NCBI GenBank assembly: GCA_963577695.1
Contig: CAUZAY010000001.1
Location: 1 to 58,325, forward strand
DNA: 58,325 nt
Direction: 5' to 3'
DNA from: Vicinamibacteria bacterium
GTDB lineage: Bacteria; Acidobacteriota; Vicinamibacteria; Vicinamibacterales; UBA8438
Shown: piece by piece, positions 16,982-25,705 of the stretch
Position numbering within the stretch: the stretch's first letter is position 1
Layout: each line of letters starts with the position of its first letter
Translations under genes and position numbers: made by a program
Notes under the pieces: model-generated
The model's input: only the letters and a program-made list of their open reading frames with translations
The model's database searches: none
What the model was told of the DNA's origin: nothing

Positions 16982-17147
16982 CTAGCAGCCCATGGTGAAA
17001 GTCCCGCTGCATTCGACGGACGCTGAATCCCGTCGATCTGCGTTGTTCATCGGTCGCATACTGCCGGTATTCTCCCTCTTCTCGCCTTGTTCGACGGGCC
17101 CAGCGCCCGTCTCGGTGCGACGCGCGACTTTCACCACGGGCTGCTAG
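16982..17147 (-). repeat. 166-nt long-stem inverted-repeat element directly abutting the VOC-gene SD (candidate structured leader RNA or MITE-like insert)
   Basis: The arms are 16982..17003 (CTAGCAGCCCATGGTGAAAGTC) and 17126..17147 (GACTTTCACCACGGGCTGCTAG), 22 nt with one difference. That difference is a G-U wobble only in the minus-strand transcript. The interior has nested helices (TCGACGG/CCGTCGA, GTCGCA/TGCGAC, GACGGGC/GCCCGTC). Confidence 0.5.
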
Positions 17148-17320
17148 TGTCCCGCGCGGACCATCGGGTACGGCCGAGCCCGGTCAACGGTATTGGACCG
17201 CCCGACTCAATGCAATGCGTGGTTGCACCACGGGCCGCACGCCCGAGTCGCTCACATTCGGACCAATCCGTCGTCTCCCCTCCCGGGCCGGGGTAAAATC
17301 CCGCACCTGACTCGTGGGTC

Positions 17321-17488
17321 AATTAGGACCCTGGTCGAAATAAAGTTGCCATCTTTGGCGCCGCGGCGCCTGGCCGGCCAGGCGCGAGGAGCGCGCATAC
17401 CGGGAGTATGTAAGCGACGAGCAACGCCGACGGGCGGGATGCCCCGGCGGCCAAAATGGTAACTTTATTTCGATCAGGGTCCTTAGTT
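17321..17488 (+). repeat. 168-nt element with ~40-nt AT-rich inverted-repeat arms, 38 nt upstream of the zf-PARP gene (candidate leader hairpin or MITE)
   Basis: Left arm AATTAGGACCCTGGTCGAAATAAAGTTGCCATCTTTGGCGCC; reverse complement of the right arm AACTAAGGACCCTGATCGAAATAAAGTTACCATTTTGGCCGCC. Both substitutions are G-U compatible in the plus-strand RNA. The centre holds a perfect 20-nt palindrome GCGCCTGGCCGGCCAGGCGC. The arms are strikingly AT-rich for this genome. Confidence 0.5.
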
Positions 17489-17525
17489 CCCACATCCAGA
17501 ATCGCGTCCAACGGAAGGAACAACC

Positions 17526-18140
17526 ATGGCGGAAGAAGACGCCCCGGCAGCCACGCCGGAACCGGAGCTCGCGCCGTACCTGCTCGAATCCGCTCGTTCG
17601 AGCCGTTCGAAGTGCCGTACCTGCAGACGAAAGATCGAAAAGGACACGCTACGGCTCGGGATTCTCCTCGAAGGCCCATTTGGCACGGGCTACCTGTGGC
17701 ATCACCTCACCTGCGCCGCGCGGCGTCGACTCGAGGACGTCGAAGCCGCGTACGAGCAACAGGCGTTCGCCGATGGACTGCAGGTGCCCCCATTGGCCGA
17801 ACTCCAGGCGCTCAAGGAGAAGGCGGAGCAAGCACGGGCGGAGCGTAAGGAGCTGCCATACGTGGAACGCGCCCCGAGCGGGCGCTCGAAATGCAAGAAC
17901 TGCGGCAAGGCCATCGACCAGGACGCGCTGCGCGTGGTGCTGGCGCGGGAGGTCTCCTTCGGCAACCAGGTCCGAGCGACCCCCATCAACGTCCACCCCG
18001 AATGTGTCCACGCGGAACTCGAATCGGAGGACTGCATGACCGAGGTCGACGGGTTCGAGGCCCAGCTGCGCCAGAACAGCACGCTCGAATCGTCGGTCGT
18101 TGATGAAGCGGTGGCGGCCATTGGCGTGCTCGAAGGCTAG
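17526..18140 (+). CDS. Tandem PARP-type zinc-finger (zf-PARP) protein
   Basis: There are two CxxC...HxxC units with PARP/Lig3 finger flanks. The first is ESARSSRSKCRTCRRKIEKDTLRLGILLEGPFGTGYLWHHLTC. The second is ERAPSGRSKCKNCGKAIDQDALRVVLAREVSF...INVHPEC followed by VDGFEAQL. 204 aa with no catalytic domain. GGAAGGAA SD. Confidence 0.8.
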   Translation: MAEEDAPAATPEPELAPYLLESARSSRSKCRTCRRKIEKDTLRLGILLEGPFGTGYLWHHLTCAARRRLEDVEAAYEQQAFADGLQVPPLAELQALKEKAEQARAERKELPYVERAPSGRSKCKNCGKAIDQDALRVVLAREVSFGNQVRATPINVHPECVHAELESEDCMTEVDGFEAQLRQNSTLESSVVDEAVAAIGVLEG

Positions 18141-21100
18141 TGTCCTGTGGACCGCGCTTCTGGTCTTGGCCGCGGCCTCGGCCGCGGCCCAAGCGCCTGA
18201 CGAGGACTGGCGTGTCTTCGACACCGAGCATTTTCGAATCACGTATCCGCTGCGGCTGCGCGGTCTGGCCGTGCGCGTGGCCGACCGAGCCGAAACGGGC
18301 CCGCACGGGCCTCCAGGCGCAGTTCGACGAGCCGCCAGCGGCCGCCATCGACATCGTGGTCACAGACCACACCGACGCGAGTAACGGATTCGCGACCGTC
18401 GCCCCCTGGAATCGCATCACGATCTTCGCGCCGCCTCCCATCGAGGGGTTCGAGCTAGCGTACTTCGACGACTGGCTCGAGCTCGTCGTCACCCACGAAC
18501 TGGCCCACATCTTTCACCTGGACCGACGGGGACAGCTAGGTGCACTGGCCAAGGCCGCGTTCGGGCGGGCGCCGGTGCGCTGGCCGATCTTTCCGAATAG
18601 CGCGTTGCCCCGGTGGGCGGTGGAAGGCCTCGCCACCTACTTCGAGTCGTCGCTCACCGAGGCGGGACGGGTCCAAGGCACGTTTCACGAGATGGCCCTC
18701 CGCACGGCGGTCCTGGAAGGCGCCTTCGAGACGTTGCCGCAGGTGTCTGGCGAGACCCAGGTCTGGCCAGCGGGGAACCGACCCTATATCTATGGCTCGC
18801 TGTTCTTCGATCATTTGACCCGAGAGTATGGCCGGGAAAGGATGGCCGACTTCGCCCGCGCGGTCGATGGACAAGTCGTGCCGTTCCGCATGAACGCCGC
18901 AGCCCGGCACTCGTTCGGCGTCAGCTTCACCGACGCGTTCGCCCAGTGGGCCGGCACGCTCGACACCCGATACGCCGGTTTGGCGGCTGAGTTGGAGCGA
19001 CATGCGCCACTGACCCGAGGCGAGCCGATTGCTGGGGACGGGCGCTGGGCGCTGTACCCCACACTGGCCCCTGACGGCGCCACCCTGGCGTTCGCTCGCT
19101 CCGACGGGTCGTCCGACGCCCAGATTCATCTAACCAGCGCCACCGGCACCGCCCCCCGCACGTTGACCCGGACCAACGGCCTCACCCAGTTGGATTGGTC
19201 CCCGGACGGCCGGGTCGTGTTCTCGCAGATCGAGTTCATCGACCCCTATCGGAGCTACAAGGACCTCTACATCGCGAACCCGGCGAACGGCCGCATCCGC
19301 AGGGTCACCCGCGGGGCGCGGCTCGATTTTCCGTCGGTCTCCCCGGATGGCGGACGAGCCCTGGCAGTGCAACAGGGCGAGGGTCGTACCTGGATCGTGG
19401 TAGTGGACCTGACGACCGGCGCGGTCTCGCCGCTGGTAGAACCGGCCGACGACGTGCACTGGGCCTACCCGGCCTGGTCGCCCGACGGCCGATGGATCGC
19501 GGCATCACGTTGGGAGCCCGGCGCCTTCTACGACCTGCTGGTCCTGGACGCGACCGGTCGAACAGTGGACCGGGTGACCAGGGACCGGGCCATCGACCTG
19601 GCGCCCACCTGGACCCCAGACTCGCACCGCGTCCTGTGGGCCTCGGACCGAACCGGTATCCCGAATCTCTTCGCGGCGGACATCGGAGACGATGGCCGGG
19701 CGGGCGCGATCCGCCAGGTCACCAACCTGCGCACGGGCGGGTCGTACCCGGACGTGGACCTGACCGCCACGTGGATCTACTTCAGCGCCTATCACGCGGA
19801 CGGTTGGCGTGTGGAACGTATTCCCTACGACCCTACGACGTGGGTCAGCCCGGCTCCCACCAACAATCGATTCACGGCTGGCGGTGGAACCACCTTCGAA
19901 CCCGATTCGCCTCGCGCTGGCGTCAGCGTTGAGGGCGAGGAACGTCCGCACCGACCGTTCCCATCACTGTTCCCTCGGTTCTGGACTCCCATCTTCGCGG
20001 GCGGCGAAACGCGCCGCGGCACGCGGGTGCTGGGCCCGCGCGTGGGGATCTCGACCTGGGCGATCGACACCGTCCAGCGCCATGCGGCCGAGGCCGCGCT
20101 CAGTTACGAACCCCAGGGCGATCGGTTCAGCGGTGGCCTCAGGTATTCGTTCGCGGGCCTGGGCACGCCGATTCTCGGCTTCTCGGTGGCGCAACGCCAC
20201 ACATCAGCGGGGTTCGCGGCCGAGGACCCCTCGACAGACGGCGTACCACCGGGACGGCGGGACCTTTTCCTGGTGACACGGGAGCAAGAACTCCGAACCG
20301 ACCTCACCATGATTCGACGGCGGGTTCGCAGTATCGCCACTCTCTCGGTGGGTGCGTCCTATGTCTGGGAGCGTCAGCAACTGCTGAATGACAGCCTGGC
20401 CACGGAGCGCGTCTTTTCGCCAAGACGACCCACCAGCGGCCTACCCCAGCTCGATGCGACGGCGAGCTACGTCAACACGCGTCTGCACGCGTTCTCGATC
20501 AGCCCGGAGGACGGCATCCGTGGATTCGTCAGGACCAGACGGCGATGGGACCCCGCCGTGCCGGCCTCGCTCGCGGGAACACCAGGCGCGGACGCCTCCT
20601 GGACCGACCTTTCCGGCGACATCCGGCTGTACAAGTCGGTCGGGTTGCCCGGGTTCGCGAACCACGTGCTGGCGTTCCGCGCCAGCGGTGGACGGGCATC
20701 GGGAAGCGGCGCCGACGCGTTCTTCTACAGTGTCGGGGGAACGACGGGACAGGCAGAGGCGATCACCGGGTTGACGCTGCTCAGTGCGTCCGCCCGCCCG
20801 TTCCCCATCCGCGGCTACCCGTTCGGCATTCGCTCCGGGTCCAGAGCCTGGTCGGCATCGGTCGAGTATCGGATGCCGCTCGCGCGCGTGAACCGGGGAC
20901 TGGGGGGCGTCCCGCTGTACCTCGACTGGATCAGTGGCAGCGTGTTCGTCGATGCCGGCAACGCCTGGGGCCCGCGCGTGCCGCTGACCGGATTCGACAA
21001 CCCGCGCGACAGCCCCCTGGCCTCGGTCGGTGGAGAACTGCTGATGAACGGGGTGCCCCTGTGGACGGCGCTCACGGTCCTGCGGACCGGCATTGCGGTC

Positions 21101-21157
21101 CCGCTACGGGACGAGGGCGGGCCAACGGCGTATGTGCGGCTGGGGTTGCCCTTTTGA
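18103..21157 (+). pseudogene. Secreted HExxH peptidase / TolB-like (PD40) beta-propeller / Omp85-like beta-barrel fusion protein, interrupted by a 1-nt frameshift near the 5' end
   Basis: The signal peptide plus WRVFDTEHFRITYP..VRVADRAE are in the frame of ORF 18100..18384. The rest is in ORF 18140..21157: VVTHELAHIFH, repeated SPDG../TPDS.. PD40 units, and a C-terminal ..VEYRMPL...LYLDWISGSVFVDAGNAW. Deleting one A of AAA 18293..18295 joins them as ..ADRAE-RARTGLQAQF.. Confidence 0.75.
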
Positions 21158-23664
21158 GCCTGAACCAACCCGGAGCTGGGCCCCGAACCCCGCGCGGGCG
21201 CTGTGCGGGGTCGCCGCAGTGCCCCACTCCGCGCCCGGCCGTCCGGGCTCGCCATCTCCTGCTGTTCGCACTCATGGCCGCGCCAGCGGCAGCCATCGCG
21301 CAGCCCCCAGTGACGGTGACCGGGCACGTGATCGACGGTGTCACCCAGGAGCCGCTGGCCGGGGTGCGGGTCGAAAGCGGCCGCGACGCCGTGACCACCG
21401 AGCTGGGTGGCCGTTTCTCTATCGACGTCGGCGTGGCCGACACCACACTGCGATTTCAGGCCGACGGATACCTGGACACGGTCGCACTCATCGACGGGCC
21501 GGAGCTGGAGGTTCGACTCTTCCCGAACGCGTTCGCCGAAACCGTGGAGGTGCTCTCGGGAACCGACCCGCAGGAGCGACCCTCGTCGACCCCCGTCGCC
21601 CCGGCCGACGTCTTTCGAGCCCCCGGCAGCATCGACAACGTCTTCCGGACACTCGACACCCTGCCTGGGATTGCATCCACCGACGACTTCGGCAGCCGGC
21701 TCGCGGTGCGCGGCGGCACGCCTGACCAAAACCTGACGGTGATGGACGGCGTCGAGGTGCACAACCCGTATCGTCTCTTTGGCATAGCCAGCGCGTTCAA
21801 CCCCGAAACGGTCGAAAACTTCCAGCTGAGCGCCGGCGGATTCGGCGCGGCGTATGGCGATCGGTTGTCGTCCCTGCTGATCGTCGAGAACCGCCCGGGC
21901 GACGACGAGTTCGGGGGGTCCGGCGCGTTGAGCGTGACGGATGCCAACGTCGTGCTGGAAGGGGCGACGCCCGTTGGAGACAACGGCACCTGGCTCTTCA
22001 GCGCCCGGCGCACGTACTACGACCTGGTCGCAGGGCGTCTGCAAGATCAGACGTTCCCGTCGTTCGCGGACCTCCAGCTGCAAGCGGGATGGAAGTTCGG
22101 CGCGGGACATCGGCTGACACTCACGGGACTGCGCAGTATCGAAGACGCCGACCTGAATTTCGACGTCAACCGGGAGGGCGAGCGGGCCGCGCTGGGGTCG
22201 GACGTGACCAATGGACTGGCGTCGGCCCGTCTCGATGCCATCCTCGGCGAGCGCGCCACGTCGACGACCATCGTGTCGTGGTATCGCAACCGGGAGCAGC
22301 TCAACTTCGACGGCCAGGTGCGCGCCGACGCGAGGCGCTCGAACACGCCGGACAGCGACCTCGCATTCGGACTCAACACCATCCTCTTCGACCGGTCGAT
22401 CGACGTCCGTGACGTCTCGATGCGACAGGAACTCGGGGTTCAGGTATCACCCCGACACCTCCTCGGCGCCGGCATCGAGCTGCATCACCTCGAGACGGGT
22501 GTCGGCTTCACCATCGTGGGGAACCGGAACCAGACCCAGGCGAACGGGTCGAGCATTCAGGGCGGCGCGGGACTGCCCGACAACCTGCAGTCCGCGCTGC
22601 GCGGCACCCGGAGCGGACTCTGGCTACAGGACACCTACACCCCGTCCCCCCGCGTGTCGTTCGAACCAGGTCTGCGGGTGGATTGGAGCACCATCAACGG
22701 CGGCACCACACTGTCACCCCGCATCGCGGCGAGCTACGCGGTGGGTCGTGGCGCGCGCGTGCGCGTGGCGGGCGGGCTGTACACACAGAGCCCGGGCTAC
22801 GAAAAGCTCACCCAGTCGGACTACTTCCTCGATCTGTCGAGTCCGCGTGAGCAAGGTCTACGGCACGAGCGGGCGACACACGTCGTAATCGGCCTCGAGC
22901 AGGCATTGGCTAGGGCGCTGACGGCGCGGGTCGAGGGCTACTACAAGCGTTTCGACGATCTGCTCCTGGGTCGCCTCGAGAGCGAGCCCGAGCGACTCGA
23001 GCGACTCGCGCAGTACGACTTTCCCGAGCCCCTGAGTGCGAGTGTACCCACCGCGCCACTGATTCTGAGCGCCCCCTCGAACGACGCCGGGGGCACCGCC
23101 TACGGACTCGACGTGTTCCTCAGCCACACCGACGCGTCGGCGCGGCTCACCGGGTGGCTCTCCTACGCGTGGGGTCGGGCGAATCGCGAGAGCTACGGCC
23201 GGCGGTACGCGTTCGAATACGACCGACGCCACGCGTTCAACGCGGTGGGTCGCTATCGGCTCACCAGTCGGTGGGAGGTGGCAGCGACCGCCCGACTCGC
23301 CAGCGGCTTCCCGCACACCGCCCCGGTCGGGCTGCGGATCTCCGCCGTCGAAGATGAGCGGGGCCGGCTCGTACCGGAGACAGACTCAACCGGAGCCTTC
23401 ATCTACACGGTCGACTACGGCAGCATCGACAACCTGAACGAGGCGAGGCTACCCTACTATGCCCGTCTCGATGTCAGAGCCACATACCGACGAGGCCGGT
23501 GGTCCCTCTACGTCGAGGTGCTCAATCTGCTCGATCGGGACAACGCGGTAAGCCTGGACCCGCGGCTTAGGCACGACCCGGACTCGACAATGCCCCGACT
23601 CTCGGAAGTGCCGTCTGAAGGTTTCCCGCGCATTCCAACGTTTGGTCTGCGCGTGCGGTTTTAG
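21154..23664 (+). CDS. TonB-dependent receptor with N-terminal carboxypeptidase-regulatory-like domain
   Basis: VTVTGHVIDGVTQEPLAGVRVESG...GRFSI (CarbopepD_reg-like), a plug region (IDNVFRTLDTLPGI..RGG..DQN..MDGVEV.NPYRLFG), a long barrel, and the terminal ..FGLRVRF. The start is uncertain: TTG 21154 (overlapping the previous stop) or ATG 21274. The track start at 20545 lies inside the upstream gene. Confidence 0.8.
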   Translation: MSLNQPGAGPRTPRGRCAGSPQCPTPRPAVRARHLLLFALMAAPAAAIAQPPVTVTGHVIDGVTQEPLAGVRVESGRDAVTTELGGRFSIDVGVADTTLRFQADGYLDTVALIDGPELEVRLFPNAFAETVEVLSGTDPQERPSSTPVAPADVFRAPGSIDNVFRTLDTLPGIASTDDFGSRLAVRGGTPDQNLTVMDGVEVHNPYRLFGIASAFNPETVENFQLSAGGFGAAYGDRLSSLLIVENRPGDDEFGGSGALSVTDANVVLEGATPVGDNGTWLFSARRTYYDLVAGRLQDQTFPSFADLQLQAGWKFGAGHRLTLTGLRSIEDADLNFDVNREGERAALGSDVTNGLASARLDAILGERATSTTIVSWYRNREQLNFDGQVRADARRSNTPDSDLAFGLNTILFDRSIDVRDVSMRQELGVQVSPRHLLGAGIELHHLETGVGFTIVGNRNQTQANGSSIQGGAGLPDNLQSALRGTRSGLWLQDTYTPSPRVSFEPGLRVDWSTINGGTTLSPRIAASYAVGRGARVRVAGGLYTQSPGYEKLTQSDYFLDLSSPREQGLRHERATHVVIGLEQALARALTARVEGYYKRFDDLLLGRLESEPERLERLAQYDFPEPLSASVPTAPLILSAPSNDAGGTAYGLDVFLSHTDASARLTGWLSYAWGRANRESYGRRYAFEYDRRHAFNAVGRYRLTSRWEVAATARLASGFPHTAPVGLRISAVEDERGRLVPETDSTGAFIYTVDYGSIDNLNEARLPYYARLDVRATYRRGRWSLYVEVLNLLDRDNAVSLDPRLRHDPDSTMPRLSEVPSEGFPRIPTFGLRVRF
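21180..21197 (-). repeat. Degenerate copy of the GC-rich dispersed repeat core
   Basis: GCCCCGAACCCCGCGCGG compared with GCCCCGAACCCCACGCGG at 23682..23699. It lies in the short region between the peptidase-fusion gene and the TonB-dependent receptor. Confidence 0.35.
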
Positions 23665-23674
23665 TACTCAGACG

Positions 23675-23699
23675 GGGCTGCGCCCCGAACCCCACGCGG
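23675..23699 (-). repeat. GC-rich dispersed intergenic repeat, copy 2 (inverted relative to 738..762)
   Basis: GGGCTGCGCCCCGAACCCCACGCGG is the exact reverse complement of 738..762. It lies just after the TonB-dependent receptor stop. Confidence 0.6.
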
Positions 23700-24036
23700 T
23701 CCGTCGGCCGACCTAGTCCTGCGGGGCTATCCGCCTCAGTGCCTCGCCAACCCCACAATCGCCACCAGGATAGCTGTTCCGACCCTTCTGCCGGGAGGGC
23801 GTCGGTGGCTACCCGTTGACCGGATAGATCCAGATCTGGCCCTGCTCCTCTGGCCCGACCACCAGACCACGCGTTGACCGTCCGGGCACTGGAGGTGGCG
23901 AGGGCTCTGTAGGAGGTCGGCGTGGACCAGCGTGGGATTGCTTCTGTCGCGGTCGATCCTCATCAGCCTGTCACTTCCGGAGACACCGGCTCACTCGGCG
24001 CGCACGTTTTGCTACGGCCCCCCTGGTCAATCGGAT

Positions 24037-24405
24037 TCATGTCTTGACCTCCGCGCGAGCGACGGTGGCCGCGATCGAGATGACCACGGTCATCGCGAGC
24101 CCCCCCGTGAGAGAAAGCCCTCGGTGCTTCATCAGCATCCGAGCGCCGAGCCGGACGTCCAGCCAGCCGACGTCCAGCCACGGGAGTCCGCGCGCGGCAC
24201 GGGTCGCCTCGCGAAGCTGCGAGACTCCGCCCAGCTCTACTCGCGCCGCCCGGCGGGCCTGGTCAGTGCTCATGCCCCGAGCCACTTTGTCGGCCTCCGA
24301 GAGCGCCAGATGCGTCGCCAACTCCTCGTTGAACTCGCGGTCGAGTCGGTCGGGGCGGAGCCAAGCCCGAAGCTGCGCCCACATGGTCCGCAATCGCGCC
24401 GGCAC
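24037..24405 (-). pseudogene. ADOP-type (MacB/FtsX-like) permease, N-terminal fragment only
   Basis: MPARLRTMWAQLRAWLRPDRLDREFNEELATHLA...ARRAARVELGG..QLREA is the characteristic cytoplasmic N-terminus plus first TM of acidobacterial duplicated orphan permeases (normally ~800-900 aa). The ORF stops after 122 aa and nothing permease-like follows in 23700..24036. Confidence 0.6.
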
Positions 24406-24408
24406 CGG

Positions 24409-24753
24409 TCAGCTCCGCTCCGCCGGCTGCAGGACACGCCCGATCACCCCGGCGATTCGCTCCCAGTTCTCGGTTTCGGCTTGCAATTGGGTCCGGCCAG
24501 CCTTGGTCAACGTGTATTACTTGGCCCGGCGGTTGTTGTCCGAGGTTCCCCACTCGGCACTGATCCACGCTTTCTGGACCAAACGCACCGGACACAGGTA
24601 GATCGTGCCCTGGTTGACGACGAGCGCGTCCTGGCCGACCTGCTCGATTCGGCGGGCGATGCCGTAGCCGTGGAGCGGGCCGAGCTGTTCCAGCGTCTTG
24701 AGCACCATCAGGTCGAGCGTGCCTTGAAGAATCGGAGATTTGGTGTCTGTCAT
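24409..24753 (-). pseudogene. PadR-family transcriptional regulator with an in-frame TAA
   Basis: MTDTKSPILQGTLDLMVLKTLEQLGPLHGYGIARRIEQ...WGTSDNNRRAK-TAA-YTLTKAGRTQLQAETENWERIAGVIGRVLQPAERS*. The stop at complement(24517..24519) replaces the aromatic residue of the conserved RAK(Y/F)Y.LT block (compare KAKFYRLTRTGR in the paralogue at 33582). The 115-codon frame is otherwise intact. Confidence 0.75.
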
Positions 24754-24761
24754 GAACCCTT

Positions 24762-24810
24762 ACATGTGGGATGTAAAGACGAGAGCGACAAATTCCATGT
24801 GGGATGTCAA
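24762..24810 (-). promoter_or_regulatory. Two direct repeats T(T/G)ACATCCCACATG upstream of the padR pseudogene (candidate PadR operator/promoter)
   Basis: On the minus strand the sequence reads ..cctcTTGACATCCCACATGGaatttgtcgctctcgtcTTTACATCCCACATGTaagggttcATG. The repeats start 33 bp apart and the distal one contains TTGACA. ATCCCACATG recurs at the start of the second padR (33574..33584). Confidence 0.4.
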
Positions 24811-24874
24811 GAGGAGCGATGTCGGGAGCCGCCCCGGGACCACCGTTCCACCTGGCGGTCGATTTCTACGCGGG

Positions 24875-25705
24875 CTACTCGGGGGACGGAGTCTCAACGC
24901 GTGTGGCCAACTGATACACCCCGCGCGCCGGTGTGGTCGCGTAGCCGTCGGCTACCAGCGCCCGATTGCCGAGACCGGCCTCGGGGCGGGACAGCCCGGT
25001 CACGCGAGCCAGTTCGCCGGGAATCGTCAGCCCGGCTCCCGTCAGAAAGCATCGGGCGATTTCCCGGACCGCGTTGTCGCGGCGCACTCGCCGGGTGAGC
25101 GGTGTCGGAAACCGTCCGATGCCCAGCGTCCAGATGTAGGTAAACCTCGGTTGGTAGACGACCTCGCTGGGGACGACGAGCATCACCGCCTGGAGCTCAT
25201 CCAAGGCTCGTGTAAACGTCCGTCGATCGGTCACCCCCGATTCGGCCCGCAGATCCGCCGTGGCGAGCTCCCACTCCTGACGCAAGACGCGCAGGACCCG
25301 ACGGGCGTCCTGGCTCAAGTGCCGCGTCTCGTCGGACTTTCGGATACCCCACACCGCATGAAAGTAGGGGATCATGCGCGGCGCGAGGAACATCGCTTTG
25401 CCGCGCGACAGCTTGGCGTAATACGTCTTGCCGCGCCGCACGAGCTGGTCCTTCAACTGCCAGGTGAGCGACGCCTCCGGGTCTTTCTGGACGTTGCGCG
25501 GCATCACGGCGTCGCGGCGTCCACATACCGCGACATAGAGCGATGGACCCGGACGGCGTGCGTCAGTGAGGCAAGCGGCGAACCCGTTGCGCTCGACGAA
25601 CCGCTCCGCGTCGAGGGGGGTCTCGACCTGGAGGCTCCCTTCCCGCTGCCAGCGTTCGTCGCGGTAATCTTCGATGTCCGGTGGGATGTGCGGGCGAGGT
25701 CTCAT
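24875..25705 (-). CDS. Hypothetical protein (possible winged-helix region)
   Basis: 276-aa ORF with natural composition (K/Y/F/E-containing), whereas the antisense track ORF 24740..25840 is Arg/Pro/Gly-rich. No family assigned with confidence. Confidence 0.55.
   Translation of the reverse strand: MRPRPHIPPDIEDYRDERWQREGSLQVETPLDAERFVERNGFAACLTDARRPGPSLYVAVCGRRDAVMPRNVQKDPEASLTWQLKDQLVRRGKTYYAKLSRGKAMFLAPRMIPYFHAVWGIRKSDETRHLSQDARRVLRVLRQEWELATADLRAESGVTDRRTFTRALDELQAVMLVVPSEVVYQPRFTYIWTLGIGRFPTPLTRRVRRDNAVREIARCFLTGAGLTIPGELARVTGLSRPEAGLGNRALVADGYATTPARGVYQLATRVETPSPE

Noticed and set aside
16994-17004. GGTGAAAGTCC resembling the RNase P P4 (GGAAAGUCC) or cobalamin-riboswitch (GGUGAAAAUCC) core
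   Set aside because: None of the other conserved blocks of either RNA (for example the B12 box, AGGGAA, or RNase P ACAGAA..CCGGCUUA) is present nearby. The motif is part of a repeated 22-mer.
18285-18300. Programmed ribosomal frameshifting at the AAA run in the peptidase-fusion gene, and likewise at 12504 in the exonuclease gene
   Set aside because: There is no slippery heptamer of the X-XXY-YYZ type, no downstream pseudoknot or stimulatory SD, and no biological precedent for these families. An indel (mutation or sequencing error) is the simpler explanation.
20545-21153. Long N-terminal extension of the TonB-dependent receptor ORF
   Set aside because: It lies inside the 3' end of the upstream Omp85-like gene in another frame. 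Receptor homology begins only after about 21270.
23809-23880. Protein-like C-terminal peptide (..GLVVGPEEQGQIWIYPVNG*) on the minus strand in the 23.7-24.0 kb gap
   Set aside because: There is no plausible start, the upstream frame is low-complexity Arg/Pro, and an in-frame stop lies about 55 codons upstream. At most it is a relic of a deleted gene.
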